64,000 nt of DNA, taken from Sminthopsis crassicaudata (lineage: Eukaryota). Under the pieces are notes generated by a model, which saw only the letters and a program-made list of their open reading frames with translations, was not told the origin of the DNA and did not search any database. Position 1 is the first letter of the stretch. The number at the start of each line of letters is the position of its first letter. The stretch lies in the NCBI RefSeq assembly GCF_048593235.1, contig NC_133619.1, positions 597,859,963 through 597,923,962 on the forward strand, given 5' to 3'. This document shows, piece by piece, positions 12,800-32,899 of the stretch. The translations under genes were made by a program, and so were the position numbers.

Positions 12800-14442
12800 C
12801 TGTGGAGCAGAGCAGAGGAGAATCTGGATATGACATTTCATAAGGTCTCACCCTTAACTCTGACTGGGGACCCTGGGACTGGGAGGTGGAAGTAAAGCTA
12901 GGACCTCCCCCGCAAATGCCTGCTTGTTTGAAGAAGGGAACTTGGGGAGAGGAAGTGGGAGGGTTCTTGGACATACTGACCTGGGAGCCAGAGGCCTGGA
13001 AGACAGCAGGCCAGACCCAAAGCAGTGGCCATGCAGCCACCAGATCCCACAATACCTAACCAGCAAGACCAGCCCCACTCATAATAGCCAGTAAGAGGTC
13101 CTCGGGGATGAGTAGGTAGGGTTCTCTCCAGAGCCACCTCCACAGCAAACCAGAGTGACCCCAGTGCTCCAGGGAACCCTAAAGCAAAGGTGAGTGGGTT
13201 GATCCCCCTGTTTTGAAGTCCAGTACCAGCAGCCTCTCTTCCTCAGAAGCCCCAGTCTGGACCAGTCCCTCCCACACAGTTTCTGGGTGCTGAACTCCAC
13301 CTGCCCTTCTCCCTTTCCTGGAGCTTGGGTCCAGCCCCTAGTTTCAACCCTGGCTCTACCCCTTGCTGTTCCCCTCCTCCCTCACCTCCGGCACCTAAGA
13401 GACATCCTGATGCCCAGGCCAGCCGAACCCTTATCCTGGGATCAGTCCCCAGGAGCTGCACCTGGGTCAGAGTGAGGAGCAGGGCCACCAACCCACAGCT
13501 ACACAGCATCCCGGCCAGGAGCAACAGGGACCTGGTCAACACCCGGCGTCCTGGGGGAGGGGGAGCGGAGAGAAGGGGCATGGGGAGCACCAAGGAGTAA
13601 GGCTCAGGGAGCTGAGGGGAGGGGCACAAGGAACATTTTGCAAGGGGTCATGGAGAGGGAGGATGTTCAGGGAGTACTGAGGGGGATCAGGAAGCCCTGG
13701 GGGAGAAGAGAGCTGAGGGAAAACTGGAAGGATGACTTCAGAAACAAGTTATCTACTGGGGAAGAGCCTGGGAGAAAAGGAAAGGTGAGAAACAATGGAG
13801 AAGGAAGCCCAGAGGAGGGAGCCGGAGGGAAGTATGGTGGAAGGAAAATGGGGTAGGACTCCCCATGGCCGGGACAATGTACGCGAGGAGACGGGAGTGT
13901 GGGAAGGGTCTGTCATAGCGGGTGCTGCCCTAGGAAGACAAGAGCTAGGACCTGGACAGGGCCCTGCAGGCGGGGTAGGGGTGGAGGGCTCACGTGGATG
14001 TGCGGCCAGGATGGAATCGTACTGGTCGCAAGTCCGAATGCCATCCAGTAGATTGGTGACGCACGCCCGCCACAGCCCTTGGCATTTGTGGCTTACCTGG
14101 GGGTGGGCAGAAAGGGGAAGGCAGACTGAGCGAGTCCGAAAGGCAGCGGGCCGCTTCCACTCGGAAGAGGGAGCCGGAGGCTGCGTTACTCGCACGTCCT
14201 AGTGCGGTTTTTCCTACTTCAGCGGTAAGCTCCTTGAGGACAGGGCCTGTGTCACGTCAATCTTCACGCCACCCTCCCACGTCTCTGGGGTCCGACCTCA
14301 AGCCTTGCTTATTCTTTCTCCCCCCTACTCCTCCTATCCTGAGCCTCAGCACCAAGGAGAGCTCCTGGTTACGGGCTCTTCTCCCCCTTCTCCTTGCACG
14401 CAAGGGAGAATTAAAAAGTGCTAAATTACCCATTAAGAAAAG

Positions 14443-14476
<34 letters not shown>

Positions 14477-15018
14477 AGACGCGTTGCTTTCCACTGAGTG
14501 CTCTTGCCGGACTAGGTGAGCCAGAATTGATCGGGAGGTGGATTAAGACCAGTTCAGCACGCGGGGGGAGGGCTAGGATCGGAGCTGGGAGGGCCTTTGG
14601 AAAGGCACAGGACTGGATGGGATCTGGGCTAGGAAGGATGCTGAAGAGCGATGGGGGCAGAGTAGGTTCTAGAAAGAACAACAGGGGGCTGGAGCGAGAC
14701 TGGTCGGGGTTGGGGCCAGGATGCCGACTAAGGCTTGTTTGGACTGGATCAGAACTTGCAAGGGGTGTGGCCTCGGGGGAGAGGAGGATCCTGAACTGGT
14801 GCCGGGTTTTATCAGCCGAACTTCAGAGGACTCAAATTGCCTGCGAGGGGCAGGGTGGAGGTTCGAGGTTTGAGAAAGGGGCTCCCTGACTCTCCCCCTC
14901 TCACCTCCAGACTGTCGTCGGAGTTCACCACCCAGCAGTCGGTCCAGGTGGCCGTGAGCAGCAAGGCCGTAGAGAGCAAGGCCAGACTGGCCAGCGGCAA
15001 GAGGCTGGGTCCTGGCAT
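12723..15018 (-). CDS. Claudin-16-like protein, CLDN16 paralogue; 5 coding exons; 218 aa (or 238 aa with the upstream exon-5 acceptor)
   Basis: Exons 15018-14905 (114 nt), 14096-13994 (103), 13550-13386 (165), 13178-12981 (198), 12799-12723 (77; alt start 12859, 137). All introns GT-AG with phases 0,1,1,1 and no internal stops. Protein: [72 protein letters not shown]...[17 protein letters not shown]...YILDSSV. Recalled human CLDN16 exons are 114/103/165/192/134. Confidence 0.9.
12981..13178 (-). CDS. CLDN16-like exon 4 (ECL2-TM4)
   Basis: tttgctttag|GGTTCC...CCCAG|gtcagt; 198 nt; [30 protein letters not shown]. Confidence 0.9.
13386..13550 (-). CDS. CLDN16-like exon 3 (TM2-ICL-TM3)
   Basis: cctcccccag|GACGCC...GGAG|gtgagg; 165 nt; [15 protein letters not shown]... 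Confidence 0.88.
13994..14096 (-). CDS. CLDN16-like exon 2 (ECL1, GLW-C-C signature)
   Basis: ccccag|GTAAGC...CCAC|gtgagc; 103 nt. Confidence 0.93.
14443..14473. repeat. Poly(A) run in CLDN16-like intron 1
   Basis: Direct reading. Confidence 0.9.
14905..15018 (-). CDS. CLDN16-like exon 1 (TM1, start of ECL1)
   Basis: ATG at 15018 gives 38 codons to LE, the same as CLDN16; donor GAG|gtgaga. An in-frame upstream ATG lies at 15063. Confidence 0.88.
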
Positions 15019-17504
15019 TGGAGCCTGCAGGCGACAGTAACCCAGACGTCCGGCCCGCCCCATCTCCCAGCGCCATCGTCCTTCCCAGGACCCACAGATC
15101 CCTCTGTCTCCCCGGGGAACTACAGGGCGGAGGCCTAGGGGGAGAACCCGAATTTAGTATCCACAGACTGTGAGACTGACTTTGTTGGCAGGTTTCCTTA
15201 GGGTGGAAGGATTTGACGCTGGAGCAGATCACTGTCCCCGGCTCCTATCCCTCATCTGAAGTAGCAAAGCCCCAGGATGCCCGCGAGTGGGGGGTGGGGA
15301 CCCCGCTATAATCCCTCGGGCCCAGGGGGGGTATCTCTAACTCCCCGCGGAGGCCGGAGAGCTGGGCTCTGGGACTGTGGGGAAAGTCACCGGCTACCTA
15401 TGTACTGCGAGGATGCTGAGTATGGAGGATTATTCCCAGACAGTCTACAGGAGAATTCGTAGATACAGTCTCAGAGGATGAGTCTCTGATGATCTACAAG
15501 CACTAGACGCTTGATTCGTATTAAACATCAGCTCCACTCAGTAACCCGCCCCGTCTACGTGGGCATAAAGTCTCAGAAGGTTGGTCACTGACGCCATCTA
15601 GGAGAGTTAGACATCTGACACGGTCTATAAGGGTTAAATACTAACCCGTGTTAGCCGTGTACCCGGGGTAGTCATTGACGCAGTCGATGATTCGGTCCAG
15701 GAGGACTGCCATCTCTCCGAGTTTTGATAGTAATAGAGTCTCTCTGACCCCACTGGGTCTTTTGGGTCTAGACCCCTCATCCATCTTTTTCAGTCCCTCC
15801 CGATCCCACCTCCCCACCCTGAACCGCCCGAGGGCCGACCTGCACTGGAGGACTTCCGGACAAGAACCTGGCCCCGGCTTCAGTCTGGTGGTCGCGTCCC
15901 TAGAGACAGAGTTGGGGCCGAAGGAGCTGCCGCCGCCGCCCAGCCCCGCGCCCCGGGCTACAGCCGGTTGGGAGCTCGTTACCCAGTCCTAGCCCGGGCT
16001 TCGCCTGGTGGAGTCCTGCGGGTTCCAGAGCTCGAACTGGAGTACTGGGGCAGGCCTAAGGGGCGCGGCCAGGGGGCGGAGAGCTGAAGGCAGAGTTCAG
16101 GATGGTGGGGGGGGGGTGCAGTGAGGGGCTGCTAGTGGGGGTGGGGATTCGGGAGAATCACATGCGGATCCAGGTTTCCTTCGCATTCCAAGTCAAGCCC
16201 TGGGCACCTGTCCAGCCCACGAGGGCAAGCTTGGCCCTCTTTCCTGAGGGACAAAAACTCTACACCACCCTTTCCCCTCCGGAGCCGCCCCTGAATGTGC
16301 CCCACCAAGGCAGGATGGGAAGGGGCTTTTTGTCAGCTCTCTCCTGGGCCCTCTTGGCAGACCCTCAGAGCAGGGACTCTGCTGCAGTCTCCTTCCCCAG
16401 GCCTCAGGCCTCAGCCTTAAAAAAGTCTTGGTCTTCAGAATTGTGAGATAGATTCTTAGGCTTCTAAGAGAATATGGAGGGGGGAGAGGATGCATCTCCT
16501 CCCTAGGAAGTAATGTCAGGACAGAAGAGGCTCTAAAGATCCAAACAATCTCTACTTTTAATCTCAGTGCCGATTCTTTACATAAAAGAGTGACTTAGGT
16601 CCTAAGGGATGAAAACCAAGAGAGGAAAGTCAGATTCTCCCTAAGAGGAGGAGAAACCAGAGTTTAATAGTAAAAGTCATGAGACTTTCTTTGGATCTGT
16701 TCTTTTAAACTCCTGCTGTTTCTCTGCATTAACCAGGAGTGAGACCTCTCTTATTTACTGATGCCAGTGAGCAGCACAAGGGAGAAGTCATTGGTATTCA
16801 TAGGACTTAGACCTCAGAGGTTATTCATTGAATCCTCATTTTATTGATGAGGTGAGAACCAAAGTGGTTGCATAAGATCACAAAGTTAATGGTAGTTTCC
16901 AGAATAGAACCTGATAGAAGGAAGGAGGGGATGCTGGTCACACTTGTCCCCTTTGCCACTCCTTTTTTGTCTGTCACCAGTTGTTTGTCTCTGTCCCCAT
17001 CACACTCACTCACCGTCACCTCCTACTCCCAGACAAATGAAAGACACCAAAGTCAAGAAAAACAAATCAGGACTTCTCTTTGCATATGGACTAAAGTCAC
17101 AGAAGCATAGCTTTCCACCCTGGTGGAAATTCAAGGAATAAAAGAGAAACAGAGGGGAGTAGCTGGGGCCTGGGAGGGAGCCAGAGATGGGGGCTGCTAG
17201 GTTACAAGCCTGGATCTCCCCTCATGGGTGCAGGCACTTTTATAATTTTTCTGAAATTCAAAAGAAAAAAAAGGGCCATTAGTTTTGCTGAGAGAACCTG
17301 GGTTCTGGAGATCTCAGGTCTCTGGCATCTCTGAGGAGCAGGGGTCACTGTCCCCAGCATCCACTCACATCCCACCCACAGCCCACTGGTCTAGACACAG
17401 ATTGGCAATGGCCTTAGCCCACACCATCCTCCTTCCCTGTTCATGTGATAGGAGGCAGATTCCTGAGCCCCTGCAGTAGTGAGTTTTCTCTCCATTTCTC
17501 TAGA

Positions 17505-17635
17505 TGTATGTGTGTGTGTGTGTGTACATGAGAGACAAAGAGAGAAAGAGATGACAGAGGATAAGACAGAGAGAAATGAGAGAAACAGAGACAGAAAGAC
17601 ACAGAGACAGAGAAAAAGAGAAAGAGACAGAGAGA
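17505..17635. repeat. (GT)n followed by a GA-rich simple repeat in the CLDN19 3' region
   Basis: Direct reading. Confidence 0.85.
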
Positions 17636-17898
17636 ATGTTATCTCTCCAAGTTAATGCCGATGGGCCACTCTCATGTGTGCCTGTGAGACTTTGCCTTAT
17701 TCTGTGTTGGTATGTGTGAACTGAGGAATGAGTGCTATTGGGAGCTACCTGATAAGCCATGGGGATGACTCTCACCCTCAGCCCATAGCACAGAGGCTGG
17801 CTGAGGGGTTGCCTCTTCACCTGCCTTGGGGCTGACAGGGGCATAGAGGATGTGGGAGTTAGGGACAGGATTAACAGGCCCAGGGCTGGGCCAGGGAC

Positions 17899-27699
<9,801 letters not shown>

Positions 27700-30384
27700 T
27701 CAGAGCAGGCTTGGGGTCCTGGCAGGGACGGGGGGCATGGCCCCACAGGGCTCCTGTCTCCTGGAGGACAGCTGAGGGATGGGGAAGTACTTCGAGGGCA
27801 GGGAGGGAGGGGGGCGCGGAGGGCAGCGGTGGCAACAGCAGTAGCTGCTCGGGCTCCCGGCTCCTGAATGCAGGGGGAGGTGGGGGGTTGGCAATGCCGA
27901 GGCACCGCCCACTCCAGCCTGCCTGGGACAGAGCTGAGTCCCTAATCAAAGTAGAGAAGTGCCCCAAGTCCCTGAGCAGGGGGGAGGGTGGACCATGGAC
28001 AGCTTCCTATGGAGGCTACCCTGAGCCCCCACCCCAGGCACTAAAGGTTCCAGGGCCCAAGGCACATCCATCCTCCCCTGCCTGGAGCGAAGCTCTCCGG
28101 GGCTCCTAGGAGCATCCTTTTGGAACTGTGAGGAACCTTGGAATCCAACCCTCTGATTTTACTGAAGAAGATCTGAGGCTCCGAGAGGTTGCCTTGCCCA
28201 AGTGGTAGTAAATGGGAAAGAATAAATTGAAACCCAAGTTGTCTGGCCCTAAATCCACGTGATATCTGGTTCATATATTAGAAAGTTAGGCTTGTGACGG
28301 ACCTTGAAACCAACTAGTCCAATACCATCAGAGGACAGAAAAAGGCTCCAAGATCACATAGTTCCTAAGTGATTTGAACACAGATCTTGGGACTCCAATT
28401 CCAGCCACGTTTTTGGTTTTGTGGTGGTTTTCCCCTACACGATGCTGTCACCAATTCCTGGTCCTAGAATTCTCTGACCTTTGGGGTTCCTATATTCAGA
28501 ATTTAGGGGCGGGAAAGAAGATGCGTTTCTTCTCTTCACAGGAGGTAAGGTTGACGATTAGCATCTGGGAGAATGTTCTCTAGGCACAAGCTGCTTGGAG
28601 ACCTTTCAGCTTTTGTTCTCCTTTTCTGGGTTCGGGAGGGGCTCAATCCTTCAGAGATATAAACTGGAGAAACTGAGGTGCAGACGAGCGGGGAGGGCCC
28701 AGAGCAGCTGGGCAGGGGACGGCCGGAGGCCTGGCTCTTAGCCAGCTTGGGGCCCAGCGTTGGGGGTGGGGAGAGAGGCTGCATCAATCCTTCCTGGCAT
28801 TAGTCTGAAGGTGGATTGTTCCAGCCCCCTAATCCCCTCCCCAGCAGCTGGATTAGCAGCTCCCGCTGGGACCCAGGCCCAAACTGCTTCTGGGGGAAGG
28901 GGACTCTGACTGGGATAAGCAGCCAGAACAATTCCCCTGACTGGAGACAGGAGAAAACTGAGGGATTCTTGTAAAGAGTGGGGTTCAGTCCTCCACACGC
29001 CTCCTAATCTACGTCCAGAATGGGTATCACACCCTCAGCGCCCCAGCCAGAGTAATTGAGGCTAGGGACTCCATGACAAGCTCAGCTCCCTGGAGGAGAG
29101 GAGGGGGGAGCCCCACCCTCTCGGGCCCCTGGCTCAGCAATCCTGCCCCTCCTTTCCTCCCACAGCAGGGGAATGTTTAACTGCCCTGGGCCTCATTAGA
29201 AATCCCCTCACGCTCGGATTCTGAGGCTCTATGTACTTGCTGTTGGGGGTTGAAGTCAGGGCCCCACCCCCAGCTACATGGCCATTCCTGGTAGCCTCCA
29301 CCAAGGGCCTAGTTCTGGCACTGGTCATCCCTCAACTCCATTTCATTCTCCAAGGTGCCTAACAGCTGCCCGCCTCATCCTGCAAATTTGAAATTTGGGG
29401 AGAGGTTCTCTTGCCACCTTGTCCTGGGGGATAGAGGTGCTAGGAGATTTCCACCGGCTGGGCTGGGAGAGGCCGAGCTGGGCCCCGCTCCCTCCCCACC
29501 CCCAGCTCGGGAGCTCCGGGTCCATGGAGTGCTTGTCTACAGGGCCTGCTCCCTTACATTCCTCACATGACTATGCAAAAAAGGAGAGTGCCAGGGGACA
29601 ATAGCATCTGTGTGCCCAGGGCCCAGGCGTGGGCCTTGTGGTATGGTCCAGCGCTCTGGTCCAGCGGGCCACAAGAGTGGCCCACCACCCACCAGGTCAG
29701 GGGCTGTTTGGCCTCCAGGTCCCCAGCCCTCCCATAGTCTCCTCCCCAATCCAGGACAGCCCCAAGGCAACACCAGGCTATACAAATGTGGGTCCTGGAG
29801 ATGCTCTAAGGGCAAGGTCAGAGGCTCAAGGAATAATTTCTAAGTTTATTAAAATTGTGGCCCAAACCTATAGGGCCCTAAGTCTCCCCACTTCTAAGAA
29901 AATCGGCTGTGAGGCAGCAGCAGTGTGCTGCTCCTTCCTGGATTAAAAAATCGAGTCACTGGGAAGGGGGGTATGAAAGTCATGGATCCAAGGACACCCT
30001 CAAAACCTCCTCCCTGCATGTTGGAAAAAACAAGTTTGGTTTCTCCCAACTCAGTCAGTATCAGAGCTGGTTCTACCATAGACCTCTCAGTCCCTTACAG
30101 GGGATGCGGCCTCACAGGACCCACATTTTACACTGGGGATTTATGCACCCTCAGATCAGCATGGTTTTGTGCTTAGACATCCATTTCCTATTTTGTCCAG
30201 TGCTCAGCACAGTGCCTGGCACAGAGAAAGCCCTTAATGTTCATGGACTAGATATCTTTGTGGTGTATCTGCCTTGTGTAAATGTAAAATGCTCATCCTT
30301 CCTACAACCTGCTTCTTTATATGTGTGTACGTGCATACACATACGTCTAAACATCTCTTGATGTTACTTTTATATATTATATTA

Positions 30385-30630
30385 TATGGGGACAGACAGG
30401 TGGCACAGGGGATAGAGTGATAGAGCTAGAAAAACCTGAGTTCAAATTTAGTCTCAGATAACTCTTTGACTGTGACTTTGGGGAAGTCACCTAATCTGTT
30501 TGCTTCAGTTTTCTCATCTTTAAAATGAGGATAATAATAGTACTTAATTCCCAGTGTGGTTGGGAGGTTCAGATGAATAGTATTTGAAAGCTGCTTTGCA
30601 AACTTAGTTATATAAATGCTAGTTATTATT
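30385..30630 (+). mobile_element. MIR/Mar-type CORE-SINE
   Basis: gacaggtggcacaggggatagagtg head, gagttcaaat B box, core tcagttttctcatctttaaaatgagg. Confidence 0.8.
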
Positions 30631-30829
30631 CTGGCCAAAGTTATTCTGAATTTACAAAGAGGGAAGCTGTGATCATTAAGAACTGGAATGGGCTCATCAA
30701 AAATACCAAGCTTTTTGTTATGATCACTAAATTGACAGATTAGACATCATCATCGTAAGTAGCTTTTATATAGTGCTTTAAGGTTTGCAAAATACTTTAT
30801 ATATTTTACTTCATTTGATATTATCTAGT

Positions 30830-30965
30830 TGCCAGATGAGGAAATCGAGGGAAACAGATTAAGTGACTTGCCCAGGATCACATAGCTAGTAAGTATCTGA
30901 AGCAAGATTTGAACTCAGATCTTCCTAATTGCAAGATTAGCCCTCTTTCCATGGCACCACTAGTT
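30830..30965 (-). mobile_element. Mar1/MIR-type CORE-SINE
   Basis: aagtgacttgcccaggatcacatagctagtaag..gatttgaactcag antisense consensus. Confidence 0.8.
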
Positions 30966-31079
30966 GCTTGGATTTTAGCAAAATCATTTCACACATTGTT
31001 GAGCAGCAGAAAGGTGGATTTGAAAGGGCAGAGGAGGAACTGGTTGAGAACCAGACTAAATTATTGTTAATCTGGGTAA

Positions 31080-32280
31080 TCTAGTCTGTCTTCAACAATG
31101 ATTTAGATGAAGACATAGAAAGCATAATTATCCAAATTTTTCAGAGAATGTGAAGCTAGGAGGTAAAGCCAACAAACTGTATAACACAATAGAGAACCAT
31201 AGAGATCTTAGCAGATAAGAATAGTTGGTCAAGGCTAATTAAGAATGAATCTAATTATATAAACAGTTTAAAAGAGAGTCATGTTAAGTTTTATACTTGA
31301 GTCCAAAAAAATCATCTGTACAAGTACAAGATGAGAGACATGTGGCTAAAAACAATTCCTGAGAAAAAGATTTGTAGGTTTTAGTGGACTGCAAGCTCAG
31401 TGAATCAACAGTGGGACAGAGTAGCTAAATAAAGGACAATCTTAGGCAGCATTTTTTTTTCTTTTTTCTTTTTCTTAATAGCATTTTTCCAATTTTTTTA
31501 TCAAAATTATTCTCAACATTCATTTTTGTAAGATTTTGCATTCAAAATTTTTCCTCTTCTTTCCTTCTCTTTCCCCTCCCCAAGACAGCAAACAATCCAA
31601 AATAGGCTATCCATGTACAATCATGTTAAACATTTCCACATTAGTCATGTTCTGAAAGAACCAGAAAAACCACAAGAAAGAAAAAACAAAAAATATATTT
31701 TAAAAAAAGTATGCTTCAATCTGCATCTAAACTCCATACTTCTTTCTCTGGATTAAAAGGCATTTTCCATCACAAATCTTTTGGAATTGTCTAGCATCAC
31801 TGGATTGCTGAGTAGAGCTAAGTCTATCATAGTTGATCATCACACGTCACTGTCTAAGTACATTGTTATCTTAGTTCTGTTCCCTTTATTTAGCATCAGT
31901 TCATGTAAGTCTTTCCAGGTTTAAAAAAAATCTATTAGACTGCATTAATAGAAGCAAAGCTTTTTTTTTCTTTAAATAAAGAAATGTTTACAGTTCTGCT
32001 GCCCTTTGCTGTGATCATACCACAACTAGAGGGTTCAGTTCATTTTGAGTGCCATATTTGAGGAAAGGAATTTATAAACTGAAGCAGGCAAGCAGAAGTG
32101 AGAGGACTTTATACCATGAGAATGAACTGGGGGATTTAGGAACATTTATCACCTTCAGAAGAAAAGAATTGAGAGAACTTTCTGTTTTCAAACATTTGAA
32201 GAGTTCTCATGGAGCAACAAGATGCCATTGACTCTTCCTGACCCTAAAAGGCAGAACTAGGAGTGAAGCAGAAGAGGAAG
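31080..32280 (+). mobile_element. L3/CR1 RT and 3' region, interrupted by an antisense L1 3' end (~31455-31930)
   Basis: ttcaacaatgatttagatgaag..aagctaggaggtaaagccaac encodes a degenerate FxNDLDE..KLGG CR1 RT motif. Confidence 0.65.
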
Positions 32281-32899
32281 AGAAACAGATTGAGCCAAGT
32301 GGTACCTATTAGCATTTATTGGGCACCTACTCTATACTGGGCATTTTGCTATACAATAGGGAGGCAAAGAAAGACAAAAACAGTTCTTTCCGTCAAAAAT
32401 CTCACTTCCTAATCAGAAGACAACATGCAAATCATACATACATAAATATTTCATGCACACAAGTGTGTATATATTATATATCTTGTATATACACAAAGAA
32501 ACTAGGGAAAGGACATTAGAAGTAATGTCAGAAGGAAAGCACTAGCATTAAGGGAGACTGGGACAGGCTTTTTGGAGAGGGTGAGATTTTGGTTGAGACT
32601 TAAAGAAAGCTAGGAAGCCAGCCAAGAGGCAGAGACAAGGAGGGAGAGTATTTCAGGCATGGGTGAAGGGTGGCTAGTCGGTAAAAATGCACAGTTGGGA
32701 GATGGCAATGATTGAAAAAAGGTTAGGGTCAGTTAATCATATATGAGGAGGAGTGAAGCATAACAGGTAGGAAGGGCCCTGGTTATGAAGAGCTTTAAAA
32801 TCAATTTTATATTTGATCCTGGGGGTAATAGGAGTTCACTAGAGTTAATTGAATAGGGGTGGGAGAAATATGGTCAGCCATGTAATTTAGGAAGATCAC

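Larger units (their letters stand above)
13850..16100. promoter_or_regulatory. CpG-rich island over CLDN16-like exon 2, intron 1, exon 1 and upstream region
   Basis: Visibly high CpG/GC compared with CpG-depleted flanks; GC boxes near 16060-16080 and 15546-15552. Not computed. Confidence 0.6.

Noticed and set aside
15600-15780. Cluster of short hairpins and palindromes (GGGTCTAGACCC, GACCC-cact-GGGTC)
   Set aside because: Stems of 5-6 bp are expected by chance in GC-rich promoter DNA; no RNA family recognised
16930-17000. Possible CLDN19 exon 5 (..GVAKGTSV)
   Set aside because: Purine-rich acceptor with no polypyrimidine tract; weak similarity; no fitting stop
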